Positions 51,423 to 64,000 of a stretch of 64,000 nucleotides of DNA are shown here, piece after piece (the stretch's first letter is position 1; each line of letters opens with the position of its first letter). Origin of the DNA: Tubiluchus corallicola (Eukaryota; Animalia; Priapulida); contig JAQGDQ010000158.1 of NCBI GenBank assembly GCA_030141605.1, forward strand, positions 372,001 to 436,000, given 5' to 3'. The translations under genes were made by a program, and so were the position numbers. The notes under the pieces are model-generated. The model was given only the letters and a program-made list of their open reading frames with translations. It ran no database searches and was not told the origin of the DNA.

Positions 51423-53702
51423 CAGTCAAATGCAGTACTACCATAGACAGCTACATGTAGGTATATAATAAGTGCATTTACTGTCATGACTGACGAAGCT
51501 CTGAAAAATAAATAAAATGATAATGATTGGGTAAAATCATCGTTAGATGAGGTTGAGTAATAACAATAGTTTAACTGGCGCTAAGTGGTAAGTATTATAA
51601 TAATCACACATTTATCTTGATGTTTGTCGAAACTGGTTTTCGAGATGGGCGGTTGAGCCCGAAAGTTGCTCCCTAGGATAGAGTTATATGTGAACCTTTT
51701 ACAGTTTTTAATAATAAACCTTAATAAACACATTTATCTAATTTCTTAAACAAAGCTTAACTGAAAAACAGACTTATATCAACTGCAGCATGTTATATTC
51801 TGACAGGTCTCTTTTCAGTAATAACAGTTCCCACCAACCAATAAAAATATTTTCAAGTTAGTTTGTTTACTGTTGCGCGATTGTTACACACTAAAAATTC
51901 AGGCAAAACTTATAATTAATTTTGGTGAACATTTGAGAATTATCGATTTTTAAAATCTGGTTTCCGAAAAATATTAATTATAGGTTTGTTGCTTCGTTAT
52001 TTGTTTATCTGTTGCTCTTGTGTTTCCGCAATCGTGACACACATTAATTTAGATATTTGTCAGAAGTCAAGTTTTGTGTTTTTGCGTTTATGAAAGGTCC
52101 AAAAAAGGAATACAGAAATCTGATTGGCCAAATAAATTAAACGTTTTTCAGTGTTAATAGACACGATTCAAGAACGAATTTAATCAATCTGGCGAGTTAT
52201 TTATCAAAATTAGAATCTGTTGTTTATACTATCATAAATTCTTTCGTAATCCTTCGCAATAATTCTGTAAAATATTGCGCTAAACTATAAACAGGTCACT
52301 ACGGAATCACTGTAATACATTTACTGCTGTAATTGTTACATAATCTTATCATTACGCCCACACACTGGCAATTACATTTATGGCTTCTATAATTGATCTG
52401 TGTTTTATTACCCACTGATAGGATCAGTGTGTTTCTAGATGCATTGCTCAGTAGGCCTACAACACTAGCTCACGGTATTGTATTGAAAATCCATACTGAT
52501 CCGACTGGCTATCTGTACCTAATTTATTGATACTTAGGCCGACTGGTCCCTCGAACTCGTAATATCCCTAAATTTCATTATTGCTAATCACGTTGATATT
52601 CTGCAGGCTTTTGGCACCTATGTAAATTAATTATCGCGTCATACAAATCCACTGTAATTCTGCGAGTAACAGCAGAAAAACGAGTATTAGGCCTACGAAC
52701 AAACTGTCGTCATTTCGGAACCAGTAAGGAGAGATCTTGAAAGTATCTTTCATAGCAGCCGCAACAAATGAACCATGTCTTCACCTGAGTAGAAATTTCA
52801 GTTTCTCTCAATCGCACGAGTACACGTGCGTGCAGAAAACTTCGCAAGATATACAAGTTTGAATAGAGAACAATTCTTGCCTCTTTTGTTAAGTTTTTTA
52901 CGCCCCGATCGTTTAGTAGTATTGCAGATTCCCGAATTACTTTATGGCGTCACGTAACTTTATTGATTATCACTTCTGAGGCGTCTGTTATTCGTTACCT
53001 AAGTTAACGACAGTCTCTAAATAGAACCTTAGACATGTCTTCTTTCATACCTTCTGATAATGTTCATGTTTCGTCACTGATTTCAAACGCCTACCACCCA
53101 TGTTGTTGAACTATACAGATAATATTATTATTTCATACAGTAACGCATTTTCACGCCTGTAGTGCTGTTTATAGTGTCTAATATGGGGCTTTTATGCTGA
53201 ATAATGTACAAGCAGAATTATCGCTGTAAAAGCGCTCTGTAAACAAGTTGGCAAATGTTGGTTCACGTTTGCTAGTGGTTTAAAAGCGAATATCGACTAA
53301 TAAAGTAATGTAATGTCACAGAGTAAATTGATGCAGCTGATACTTGAGTGTAATACAGCTCAGCTTCAAGGTCTGGAATACATTAGTCGCAATTTTCTTG
53401 TTCATCGTTTTTACCTTGCAGTGAAATAGTTGCCCAAAAATTATGAGCAGGTGCGTTTGTGCATGCAAGATAAAATGACTATTGCCTAGTCATAAAAATT
53501 CGATGTGCGTTGACTGATGCACAGAGCCTTAAATTATGGTAAGCTTAACATTAAAAAAACAAAACGGTATCCAATCTATAGTAGTGGGGCAGATGACTGA
53601 AAAATTGTACAAAAATGATAAAAGCGTGAAATTTCCTACAGTATACCTTCTAACCAAATGAATCATTTTCAGATGGGGAACCACCGTGGGGGTCGCTTCT
53701 GG

Positions 53703-53718
53703 TGACCTTGAGTGACCT
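53703..53718 (-). promoter_or_regulatory. Perfect nuclear-receptor DR4 motif
   Basis: TGACCT-TGAG-TGACCT on plus, i.e. AGGTCA-CTCA-AGGTCA on minus; function untested. Confidence 0.35.
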
Positions 53719-55609
53719 GCGACTTTAAAGTCACAGTCACGCATTACTAGGGAGCAAGCGCCTCTATTATAACTATAATCATTCATATTATCTTAGAAAC
53801 ATAATGGAAAACACCTACCTAAACATCTTTAAACTGTGCTTTCGAGATGACATTATCTCGGGGTCAAGGTCAAGATAAGGCAAAGGTCAAGACAAGGTCA
53901 AGGTCATATAGATATTCAATTAGTTTACCATTTTAGGAAAAAAATATATGCGCTTTTTCGTATTACTTTCTCTGGTGTTTATTTACTGAATTTCATGAAT
54001 TATAACTCACGTTCACTAGCTGGTCTCACTTATACTCTATATCCAAGATAGACAGACAGAAAAACAAAAAGACAGACAAACAAAACAAGACAGACAAACG
54101 GACAAGGAAAGATAATTTTGCAATTTTTAATTATAAACACGCCTGAGCGTTTAAATTAATTTCTAGCGCCCTCTTTTGGTGCTAATTCTATTATATAAAG
54201 TCCCACTTTTCCTTGATTATAATTTAAAGATTCAAGATCAAGTAATTCAAATGCCTCGGCGTTAAGATTTTTGTAATTACGTAGGTAGCATTATAGCTAT
54301 AATAAGCACGTTGCGCACGCAACAATGTGACACTGTAACACTCCGTTTTGTACAGGATCGCCCAAAAAAAAACATCCTCTATAAGTAGCTCCTAGTCCTT
54401 TATCCTGGTAGGGGCATCTGTAAGAGACCTACATTATCTTGTAGCCTGGCGCAGCTTTTCAAAGAGCTGTACGTTTCCCTCCAAAACCTTCACCAAGCGT
54501 CGATTAGTGAACCGGCGTTACGAAAAAACGATCGCTATAAGATTCTAGAAATGGCGGATGAAAATCATCAAAAACTGGCCGTTTTTTACCCTTGCCGGAT
54601 CAGTGTGCAGGAAAACGTCTTAGAGGATCTCGAAGATTTCAACACCTGAAGAGTACCGGTATTGCTGTTTGCCGGAAGGCGATTTTCGACACATTTGATG
54701 ATCAGAACTTAATGTGGTGTCAAACAGATATTTAGCATTTAGAACGGTATTTTATTATTTTATTTGTAGTTTTACTTTTGTAATTCAAGAAACATTTCTT
54801 GAATTAGTCAAATTCGAAACACTTAGATTTGCACTTACGCTATGGCAGTATTATATGTAATTATTTTGCTGTTGTTGTTTCAGCCTGATCATTGCTGCAA
54901 TATCGTAAATAAACCACTTTGATTCAGCAGAAACTTCTTTAGTTATTTACGTCTTAACGGCGCTTGATAGAAGTTTTGAGGGGAAACTTATAGCTCTTTG
55001 AAAAGAGGAGAAATTGAGTCATATTGTGAAAGAGGAGAAATTGAGTCATATTGTGAATAGGTCCCAATGAAACTACAATTATCCCCGCGTACATATCGAG
55101 CAGTCGTGCTAACCTGATTTTGTGATATAGTTATGGTCTAATGAGATTTCAAATAACATAACAAATAAACTTTTTATTATGATGCCTTAGTCATTTTGCG
55201 GTGACGAGTCGCGTACGTCGATTGTAATCGGAAACAAAATTACCAATGATCACCAATGCGCAAACATTCCTCGTTCTGTCAATGACGCAGTTATAATGCG
55301 TTTTACGTTGGAGTCTGTTAACGCTGCGCACGCGCATCATCAGCATCTACGGTGCGGTGTTTCTTATTACTTTGCTCATGAAAGGTACTTCGCTCCGTGA
55401 AAAAAACTGCACTGCGCAACACGTACGCGAAAAAACCGTTGTACCAGTACTAAAAATTTGTCGAATTTTGTTCGCCTGTGTAACTCTGTAACCGGAAACA
55501 TTTTGTGAAAGATAAATTTTCGTTTAGCTTTAATTCTAAATTGTGAATAATTGTTTATAGATCGTGTAGAGATTGCGAACAAGAAACCAGGTGAAAAAGT
55601 AAGTATGGC

Positions 55610-56229
55610 GAAAACTCAGTGTTCTTTAATAAATGTTATTTTAATTTACCGAGTTGATGCATTGTGTTTTCGAAAACTCAGTATTCTCCAATAAATGTTA
55701 TTTTAATTTACTGAGTTGATGCATTGTGTTTTCGAAAACTCAATATTCTCCAATAAATGTTATTTTAATTTACTGAGTTGATGCATTGTGTTTTCGAAAA
55801 CTCAATATTCTCCAGTAAATGTTATTTTAATTTACTGAGTAGATGCATTGTGTTTTCGAAAACTCAATATTCTTTAATAAATGTTATTTTAATTTACTGA
55901 GTTGATGCATTGTGTTTTCGAAAACTCGATATTCTCCAATAAATGTTTATTTTAATTTACTGAGTTGATGCATTGTGTTTTCGAAAACTCAATATTCTCC
56001 AATAAATGTTATTTTAATTTACTGACTTGATGCATTGTGTTTTCGAAAACTCAATATTCTTTAATAAATGTTATTTTAATTTACTGAGTAGATGCATTGA
56101 GTTTTCGAAAACTCAATATTCTTTAATAAATGTTATTTTAATTTACCGAGTTGATGCATTGTGTTTTCGAAAAGTCAATATTCTTTAATAACTGTTATTT
56201 TATTTTACCGAGTTGATGCATTGTGTTTT
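55610..56229. repeat. 62-bp tandem repeat, 10 copies
   Basis: Unit GAAAACTCAATATTCTCCAATAAATGTTATTTTAATTTACTGAGTTGATGCATTGTGTTTTC. Confidence 0.97.
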
Positions 56230-56414
56230 ATATCTCTTCGTGGTTAATGTAAATTACAGTTTAAAAAATACAAATGTCCGTCTTGTACAAAAGATGGAGT
56301 GGCACGTAATTTTTATCTCGTGCCAGAAAAAAATCATTAATTACCAAAAACGCATGACATATAAACACTTGCTGCCTATCTCTAGCTACGCAAAATCATG
56401 TTGTTGCTTATGTG

Positions 56415-56505
56415 CTGCTCCTGAGTGGTCACACTCTGAGTTCTGTTAGTAAATGAAATTAAGTAACGTCAGGCCTGGTTAGTAAATGAATGGGTGACCA
56501 GCGAG
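56415..56505 (+). mobile_element. 5S rRNA-derived SINE (SINE3-like) or 5S pseudogene fragment
   Basis: GAAATTAAGTAACGTCAGGCCTGGTTAGTAAATGAATGGGTGACC matches the 5S internal control region (GAAGCTAAGCAGGGTCGGGCCTGGTTAGTACTTGGATGGGAGACC). The 5S ends are absent. Confidence 0.65.
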
Positions 56506-58600
56506 AAAGTAGCTTCCGTATAATTTCATCAACTATACGGCTCCAGCTACTTCATTTATTGAGGGAGGGTGGGCATACATCCAAGACACCCCTGCCAGTT
56601 TTGTCTCAATTTAAGGAATAAAAAGTTAAATAGGCTAGAGTGCTAGATCTTGCCTAGCCTTTGCTACGGAACTGGTCCTGTCGTTGAGTATTGTATTCTA
56701 GTTACGTGTAGAAATATGTAGGCGTTTACAAAAAGTTGTCAGTAGTGCCAGAACTAGAACTAGATATGTCATTACCATAAACAGTTTCTGTTTTCGCGAA
56801 AACCTTTCATTTCTTGTGGTTTTTCTCGCACACGACGTCAAATTACCATTTTCTTGCTTCGTGTTTTTTCAGCAGTCCGTGTGCATTGGCCTTAAATTTA
56901 TCCGGCAACATGACTAAAATACGCGATAGTAATGGCGTCTCATGTGTTCAGCAGAAATGACAAAATTGGCGATAATGTGACATAACTCACAGTGAAAATA
57001 GGAAGCTGAAAAACTGCACTCAAAATCAAAATTGAACATATGACATCCTACATTCAAACTTGGAAAACTGCCGTGACGCCTATACGCTTACAATGGGATG
57101 AAATTCCATGTTTCATTTTTCTGATCATCATTGTTAACTTTAGCTAACTCGTCCATGTTTGCTTTCTTTGTTTCAATAATGTCATTTGTCTCTGTAATTT
57201 TTTTTGTCTTAAACACCACAGCATAGTTTACACAAAAGAGCCTGTAAACCAAATATTCACTTTTATCGAGTCTTTCATTGACTGTGTGTCGCGGCACGAG
57301 AGAAATGACAACTTCAGCCTCATTTGTTTATAAAATATTAAATAACTCTTTGGGCTGTAAAGTTTGATTAAACATTTTTGTCTTGAATAGGGATTAGAAT
57401 TTCGTTTGTCCTGGTTAGGTTATAACTCAATGTATTGTTAAAACACATGTCGCACGAGTCTCCTTTTCAATTAACAAAATTTTGAACCCATAAGCAAACA
57501 AACGTATAATACAAGAGGCAGTTATAATACTTATTACAAACTGGAGGCTTGAATAAAAAAGTACGCAGACGCTGTCAGTGTTATTTTGCCATAGATATTA
57601 CTGCTAACAAGATTGGTGTTACGAATACCTCTAAGCTGCACCTGGCATCCGCTTATGATCATAAATATCCTTGCACACAACAAGTTTAGCAATTGTGGAG
57701 CTGGTGAAAATATGCACAATGGAGATCTATATGACACTTTGTTATAATTTTTTATTTTGTCTTATTTTGACATCATCAACACAACGATATATATATATAT
57801 GTGTATAAAACAAGTTTCAGCAACGCGTGTCACAAGATGGATAATATAAAATGCAATGATACTTCAATAATTATATGTAACTATGTTATGATATGTTATA
57901 AATCGCTATTGCATTATAGTTGGGAAGCATAGCTTGTGAAACAATAGTGCAATGAGGAAGCATGTAGAAGGATGCGCGAAGATAAAAATGATGGAAATTG
58001 CAAGATAATGGGAATTAGCAGGGTTATTTTGTGCATGAAAATGAACACGAGATTGTGGTTTGGGACATCCGTAAATTTGCACTAGCTAGAACAGCACACT
58101 CTGGGCCAGTCTGCCGTGTAATGAGGAAATTACACATTTGAACGTGCCTATATGCCCAAAGTCTCGCAACATTTTTGCACACTGGACTACCTGATACTTG
58201 TCAAATCGTGTATTGTAACATTTTTGATTATGATTTGATTATGTTCTGAAAAAAGATGGTTAAGATTTATAGCGAGTTTATAGTGAGCGCATAACTTTTT
58301 ATTTGATCAAGATATCAATTCTCATTTGTTTGCCAGTTAGAAAGAAATGTGCGTTTGGAAAAACCGTTAAAGATACGAATAAGTTTACGTTGAAGAGCAC
58401 GAAAGTTCGATGGATAAGTAAGTCCCCTTGAAATGGAAGCATAATAATCAAGTAAACGACTGAACTAATAATTTTTAACGACATAGACCACGGACAATAT
58501 CTAATGTAACATATTTCCAATGTGGTCCCGGTTATTACTGTCCGTTATGTTACTTTGAAAAATCTGCATGCCTAATTGGTCGAAGAAAGAGCAGCATGAC

Positions 58601-58683
58601 TTTTAAGTCTTTGTTATGACTCGACAGGGAGTTGAACCCGAGACCTCCCGGATGGACAGCAAGTACGCTACCATTGAACTACT
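58601..58683 (-). mobile_element. tRNA-derived SINE head
   Basis: Minus strand has A box TAGTTCAATGGT and B box GGTTCAACTCC, followed by GAGTCATAACAAAGACTTAAAA. There is no closed acceptor stem. Confidence 0.7.
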
Positions 58684-59100
58684 TTAATTTTAGTAACATA
58701 ATTTTTTAAAAGCAACCTATCCGTAAGTGTGCGTTAAATAAATAACTTTAAATAATAAATATTTGTCACTTTTTTATATTTCGCATGCAGCTGTACTGAA
58801 AGATTGCCACGCAGTCCTATCAACCCTACGTAATTAAGTAGGTTATGTACTTTACATAATCTATTGCAAGTCATCAACCATTGAGTTAATGTGTATCCTG
58901 TTCAAATATCATGCACAGAAAAGAGGATGACTTCCCTCTGTTTACCATCCGTATAGGTTAATATAACAAGTAATCACAGGTATAGAAATAGACGCTGTAT
59001 TTCCAAAGGAATCAGTTATACATGTATATAGTTTACAGAAACGAAATTGTGAATTGTATGTGGACTCGCGTGCATTATTTTCTCACTTGTTAACGATGAT

Positions 59101-59430
59101 GAGTGGCGTAGCTAATAGCGGAGCAAGAGGAACAAAGGCTCCCACGAACACATTTTCAAAGAGCAGGCGCTTTTCAACATTTTTTATCTCTTTAGTCCAC
59201 TTGAGCGATAAAAGTCGAATCTTTTTATTTTTTAATCGCATGGCCTTAGAAAAATTTTCTGGAGTCTGAACTTTATTTATCTATTTCCTTTAAAACTGTA
59301 TCTTCTTCATATTTTGATTTTAGACGCAAAATTAAAACCTATAATAAATGCGTTCAAAATTGTTTGGTATATGTCACGGTGCCTTTTAAGTGCTTTCTCC
59401 CCCTAACTTTAGGACCTGGATACGCCCCTG
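59101..59430. mobile_element. hAT-like MITE
   Basis: Termini GAGTGGCGTAGC ... GGATACGCCCCTG; degenerate 8-bp flanks acgatgat/tcgacgac. Confidence 0.6.
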
Positions 59431-60351
59431 TCGACGACGTTTCTTCGCATATGGAGAAAAGTTCGACACAATATTTGTGTGTGGGCGAATAAATGTGTTG
59501 CTACCCTTATATTAATTTGGAAGAAGAACGAACATAGACGCTAAGAGTAGTGATTGAGTTCATTTTTATTTCATTGTCACATGCCGATGTGCATTAAATG
59601 TGCCATTAAAATGTATTGAAACACATAATACTTTGAACAAAATTTTAAACTATTTCTGAATACTGTCGGTGGGTTTTGACTAACGATATCTCGCAATAGT
59701 ACGTTAAATACGACACACAGTATTTTCAAGATAACATACATTTTATTTTACATTTATTTCACAGATTTTAAAGTACATAGCTCTAATAAATATTAATTTT
59801 TTCTGTTCCCCGATTCTTCCCATACAAAGTAAGTACAGATGCACAAAAATTTACATTAAAAACGCCTACACAAAAGGTAAATTAATTGGTAGAATAGCAA
59901 TAAATGAGTTTTTGTAAGGAATGTTCGTGAGCATGCGCGGCAGTGTCACGGGCATTGTTTCTAGCCGACAAGTATCGCATTGTTTCTAGCCGACAAATAT
60001 CGCATTGTTTCTAGCCGAATGACATCTGTCGTCGAAAATCACCTATTTGCTTGCTGTCGCTGAATGTGAAAACCCACCCTCTTTCCTGATTCCACCCACT
60101 ACCAAAGTAGGAATGTAATTTTTGTGTGAACTTTAGATTTGCGTACTTTTAACAATGCAGAGTTTTTTACTTTCTGGCTCAATATCTGACTTTATAATAG
60201 TGATCCATCTGCCTTTTCTGTAGTTTATATTCAGAATTAGTATTTAGGCAATGTGACATAGGCAATTCCTATATCTCGTAACAGTAGATTAAATACGACA
60301 TGGAACATGTTCAGGGAAGACTTTATAATATGCTCCAGCATATATTTTACT

Positions 60352-61336
60352 GGAATGTAGGTAAAAACGGCACAGGTAAAACGGCGTAGGAAAAAATAGC
60401 ACCGTCAAAATGGCACAAATGGAAAAGTAGATAAAAATGCCACAGGAAAAAATGGCACAAATACAAAAGTAGGTAAAAATGCCACAGGAAAAAATGGCAC
60501 ACTTAGTAAAATATGTATTAAATATTTTAATTATTTTGTCTCTGCCAAGAAAGTTATTTTGTCTCTGCTTCAACACGGTTTGCTTGGCTATTTTTGTCTG
60601 TGATGGCACTAAGCCTATTACGCAAAATTAATCTATTTAACAGATTTTCCTAAAACCTTGTGAAGAAAAGCCGGTATTATGCGCCAAAATGGGAATCTTT
60701 TCGCCGGTTCTTTTTTCGCAAAACTTGACCGAATACTACATACAAAAAAGAAACATTCTTGAAGTACTTCGTGGAGGTTTCAGAGGGCGTGTTTAGTACT
60801 TCTTTTTGTTATCTCCACCTGGACGAACAACTACGAGTTAGTTCCAGTTCCATTTAGAGAAATTCTCGCTTGTAAAACTGTGTAACGCTGTCTATAACCG
60901 TTGCTTATTAATGTGTATAGCCGTGTAAGGTGACTTAGTATGTAAATATTTGTCCGTCTACTACCATCGCCAAAATTAATGGTTAAAAAGGTAGCTAAAC
61001 GCTATGTGGAACAGTCGTGCATTATTGATTATAAATCAATTTCATGAACAAATATTTTGTGAGTCTTTTGCTAGTCTATATAATACCAACACAGGTACAT
61101 TTTTGTATGTTTGCTTGTTTATCTTTGTGTTAAATTTCTTGATTCAAAAGCATCAGACGAATAAGTTTAGGATTGTTCGGCTTTTGCAGAGATCTGCTTC
61201 CTAATGAACACATTCTAGTTTTATTATAGAAATTAACTACATAAAAATAACACATGTGCCATTTTCCCACTTTTCCCGCTTTTTCCCACTTCTCCATTTC
61301 TGGCATTTTTTCCTGCGCCACTTTTACCGCGCACCA
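60352..61336. mobile_element. DNA-transposon-like element with inverted arrays of subterminal repeats
   Basis: Left end is (GGWAAAAATGGCACA)n at 60360-60502. Right end is the inverted GTGCCATTTT..CTTTTACC at 61256-61336. Confidence 0.55.
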
Positions 61337-62949
61337 TTTAGAAAAGGCCGCTAGGTTAAAAATTTCGTAGTTTAAAGTGAAAGAAGCGCTGAATAGTTCC
61401 AAGTTCCTAAAATACATTTTCTTTATTAACCAAAAAGCTCGTGAATAAAAAGAGATAGATATTTATACGCAGAACACTGTTCTTACTTGTGTTTTAACTG
61501 CTATAAAAAGAGAAACAATTAATTGTAATGCTAACAAATATATTTTACATATTTACATACACAGACAAGATTAACAACAGTTCAAACAAATAAACACGCA
61601 AACAATATTAATCAGTGTAATCATCCATGTAAACAAATCAAATAATCTATAAATAAGCCGCTTATAGAACGGGGGTAATGTATATGCTCGCTAAACATTA
61701 CTAATGAGTGAGGACGAGAAACAGACTTTTATAACATCTGAAATTCATATGTTATATGCCTAAAAATAAGTAAATTACAGAAGTAAGATCACGTACGCCA
61801 TAAACATTATGATTACCAGGTTAGAGCGGCCACCATCACCCATCCAGAACGCATTAGTTTTTCATAGGCCACGCTATCATATCAAAACCAGAGCGCTATA
61901 TAATATAGTCTGCTGCTCCAGAAGAAAGACAAATATTTCCGGCACAGAGCATAGCGGCCAAGGAATGACGCAGATTTGAGAAAATTGCCAATATATTGCA
62001 CCTAAAGCATGCGCATAGAACTTCTAATGACACATAATACTCATCAAAAGCTGGTAAATAAAAAATTATTTAAACAAAAACCGCACCCAATCTTAAACTG
62101 TAGGTAAAAACAATCTACTCTTTAAAATATTGACAGGAAACATAGCATTTTCTAAAGAGTAACTTACGTGAAACAGTTATTACCACACAAACGTAATTTT
62201 GCATTCGCACCACTAGTTCTTCGCTGTTACATGCATTTTGCCATTCTCTAGTTAGACGGGCACAAACGCCTGCATTTCGGAAAGCGTTGCACAAAAACAG
62301 GTGTTGTACCTCTCAGTTCAGATGTGTTAGTTTGTAGCGAACTGCACGCGTTCGACAGCTTTGAAATTTTAATTTTTGTCTTAAAACTTGCCGAATTTTT
62401 TAGTGATTTTCACAACGTTCAATGCTTTTTACAACACACTGAATATCTTACAGCAACACTGTACTTCAATTTTCGCTTTCGTTAACACGTGCAACATGCT
62501 CGAGGAATTTTTTCCTGTTGAAAATTGTTAGTTTGTGATGCCATCACTAGTTGGGATCGCCCGTGGTTAATCAAAATTTTAATCTATTAGTTAATTATCA
62601 GATTTGCAGTATTAATTGTGTCAAATTGTATGCTTTTTATCGTATAATGGGGTAGCATATGAAAAATCATTCTCCCTTCCTTTAAGGTCTATTGAACGTC
62701 GATTACTAACTTGTGACCTGAGGCAGCTGAGAATGTAAACAAAGTTTCTTACGCAATACTGAAAGTACTTACTTGAAATCATATATAATAACTACATTAA
62801 TATAATAAAAGCTACTAAAGCACGGCATTAATCGTCAATGTTTATTCACAATAATAGCGAACTAAGATTTTCACGCCGGTATCTTTCTGTTTCTCTGCAA
62901 CATAATGCGAAGCGGTGCTGACAAGCCACTGGTATAGCACTGCCTAGTT

Positions 62950-63340
62950 TTTGCTGCATTACTGTTGTGTTTCTCTATCTTGAGGCCAGTCTTCTCTTAT
63001 TTCAGGCCTGCCCAATGTCTACAACGTGAACGTAATAATCGTATGATGATAATGAACATGAATTTGAATTTATCTACATTTTATTTGCATCAATTATTGG
63101 CTTAAGTTTGTCTGATCAAATTATACAATTCATGAACATTAGGCCTATGGCCATGTACCAAAACACTTACGCGTCTTCCGCAAATAAGATGAACTTTACC
63201 TTGTCTGGTGCATTATTAATGTCGTTTATATACAGGAGAAAAGTGTGGGGCGTAAAACCGATCCTTGTAAGATACCGCACAATGGCATTGAAACAATTCG
63301 ATTCACAGTTGCCTAATTTAACAAATTGTTGCCTTTGTTA
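62950..63340 (-). mobile_element. Decayed CR1/L2 LINE reverse transcriptase fragment
   Basis: Minus-strand RQQFVKLGNCES.. / ILQGSVLRPTLFLLYINDINNAPDKVKFILFAEDA is a degenerate VPQGSVLGP..YIND..FADD. Confidence 0.8.
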
Positions 63341-63636
63341 TTTAATGCATTAACTTAATTAATAATCTTTAGTATGCTTAAAATATTGTAGTTAATAATA
63401 TAGCTAGATGATATTTTGAATGTTTTTATCGCCAATTATTATTAGTGTTATTAGTATCTATTCTGTTGTGACATTCTTATCCAGGAATAATTCTATGTAT
63501 TTTTGTAAATCTGTAAAATTGTCTCAATGGTTGTATTTGTTTGTATTATATTGTAAAAAATAAAATATTTGTTTCATTTGTTTGATTATTGTATAATCAT
63601 TGTAATTTAATTGTGCCGGCAAATAGAGGAAATTAA

Positions 63637-63855
<219 letters not shown>

Positions 63856-64000
63856 TTGCTATTTGCATTGTTTCGCAACCCTCTTGTACAGTACTGTTCA
63901 ATTTTTTGCTTAACAAGTTGTGATCAATTGTGTCAAATGCATTTTTAAACGAACAAAGAAGCCTATAGAGAATGTTACATGTTTGTAGCAGATCTGTTTG

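Noticed and set aside
51116-51510. Hammerhead-like cores (minus CTGGAGA..GAAAC..GTC in the 77-bp unit; CTGACGA..GAAA at 51490; also CTGATGA at 2467, 15001, 21738 and 55337)
   Set aside because: Core mismatches and/or stems I and III cannot be formed.
58601-58683. Functional tRNA gene
   Set aside because: It has A and B boxes but no acceptor-stem pairing, and it continues into SINE-like body sequence.
61817-62001. GC-richer block with splice-like boundaries on the minus strand
   Set aside because: All three minus frames are closed, and the short plus frame has no recognisable similarity.

Overview
This is AT-rich, intron-rich eukaryotic (metazoan) genomic DNA. Gene content and intron style suggest an invertebrate deuterostome, possibly a tunicate (inference). 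The ORF track mostly misses the genes, so I rebuilt three spliced genes by hand with phase-consistent splice sites. (1) Minus strand, ~10.4 kb to 0.7 kb: a ~300-aa type I membrane protein with two tandem Cys-rich three-finger (Ly6/uPAR- or ET-module-like) domains, one TM helix and a short tail with sorting motifs; its start codon is anomalous. (2) Plus strand, 13.2-36.9 kb: a 15-exon, ~842-aa RAP80/UIMC1 orthologue with two zinc fingers and the conserved C-terminus, but a reversed SIM and a degenerate first UIM. (3) Minus strand, 46.7 (or 48.5) kb to 40.2 kb: a TspanC8 (TSPAN33-like) tetraspanin with two candidate first coding exons. The rest is MITEs (pogo/Tigger, Tc2, hAT, Harbinger), LINE fragments (CR1/L2, RTE), tRNA- and 5S-derived SINE pieces, three minisatellite arrays with internally self-complementary units, microsatellites, a perfect micro inverted triplication, and several perfect nuclear-receptor direct repeats near the tetraspanin gene. 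No prokaryotic system or CRISPR array is present.
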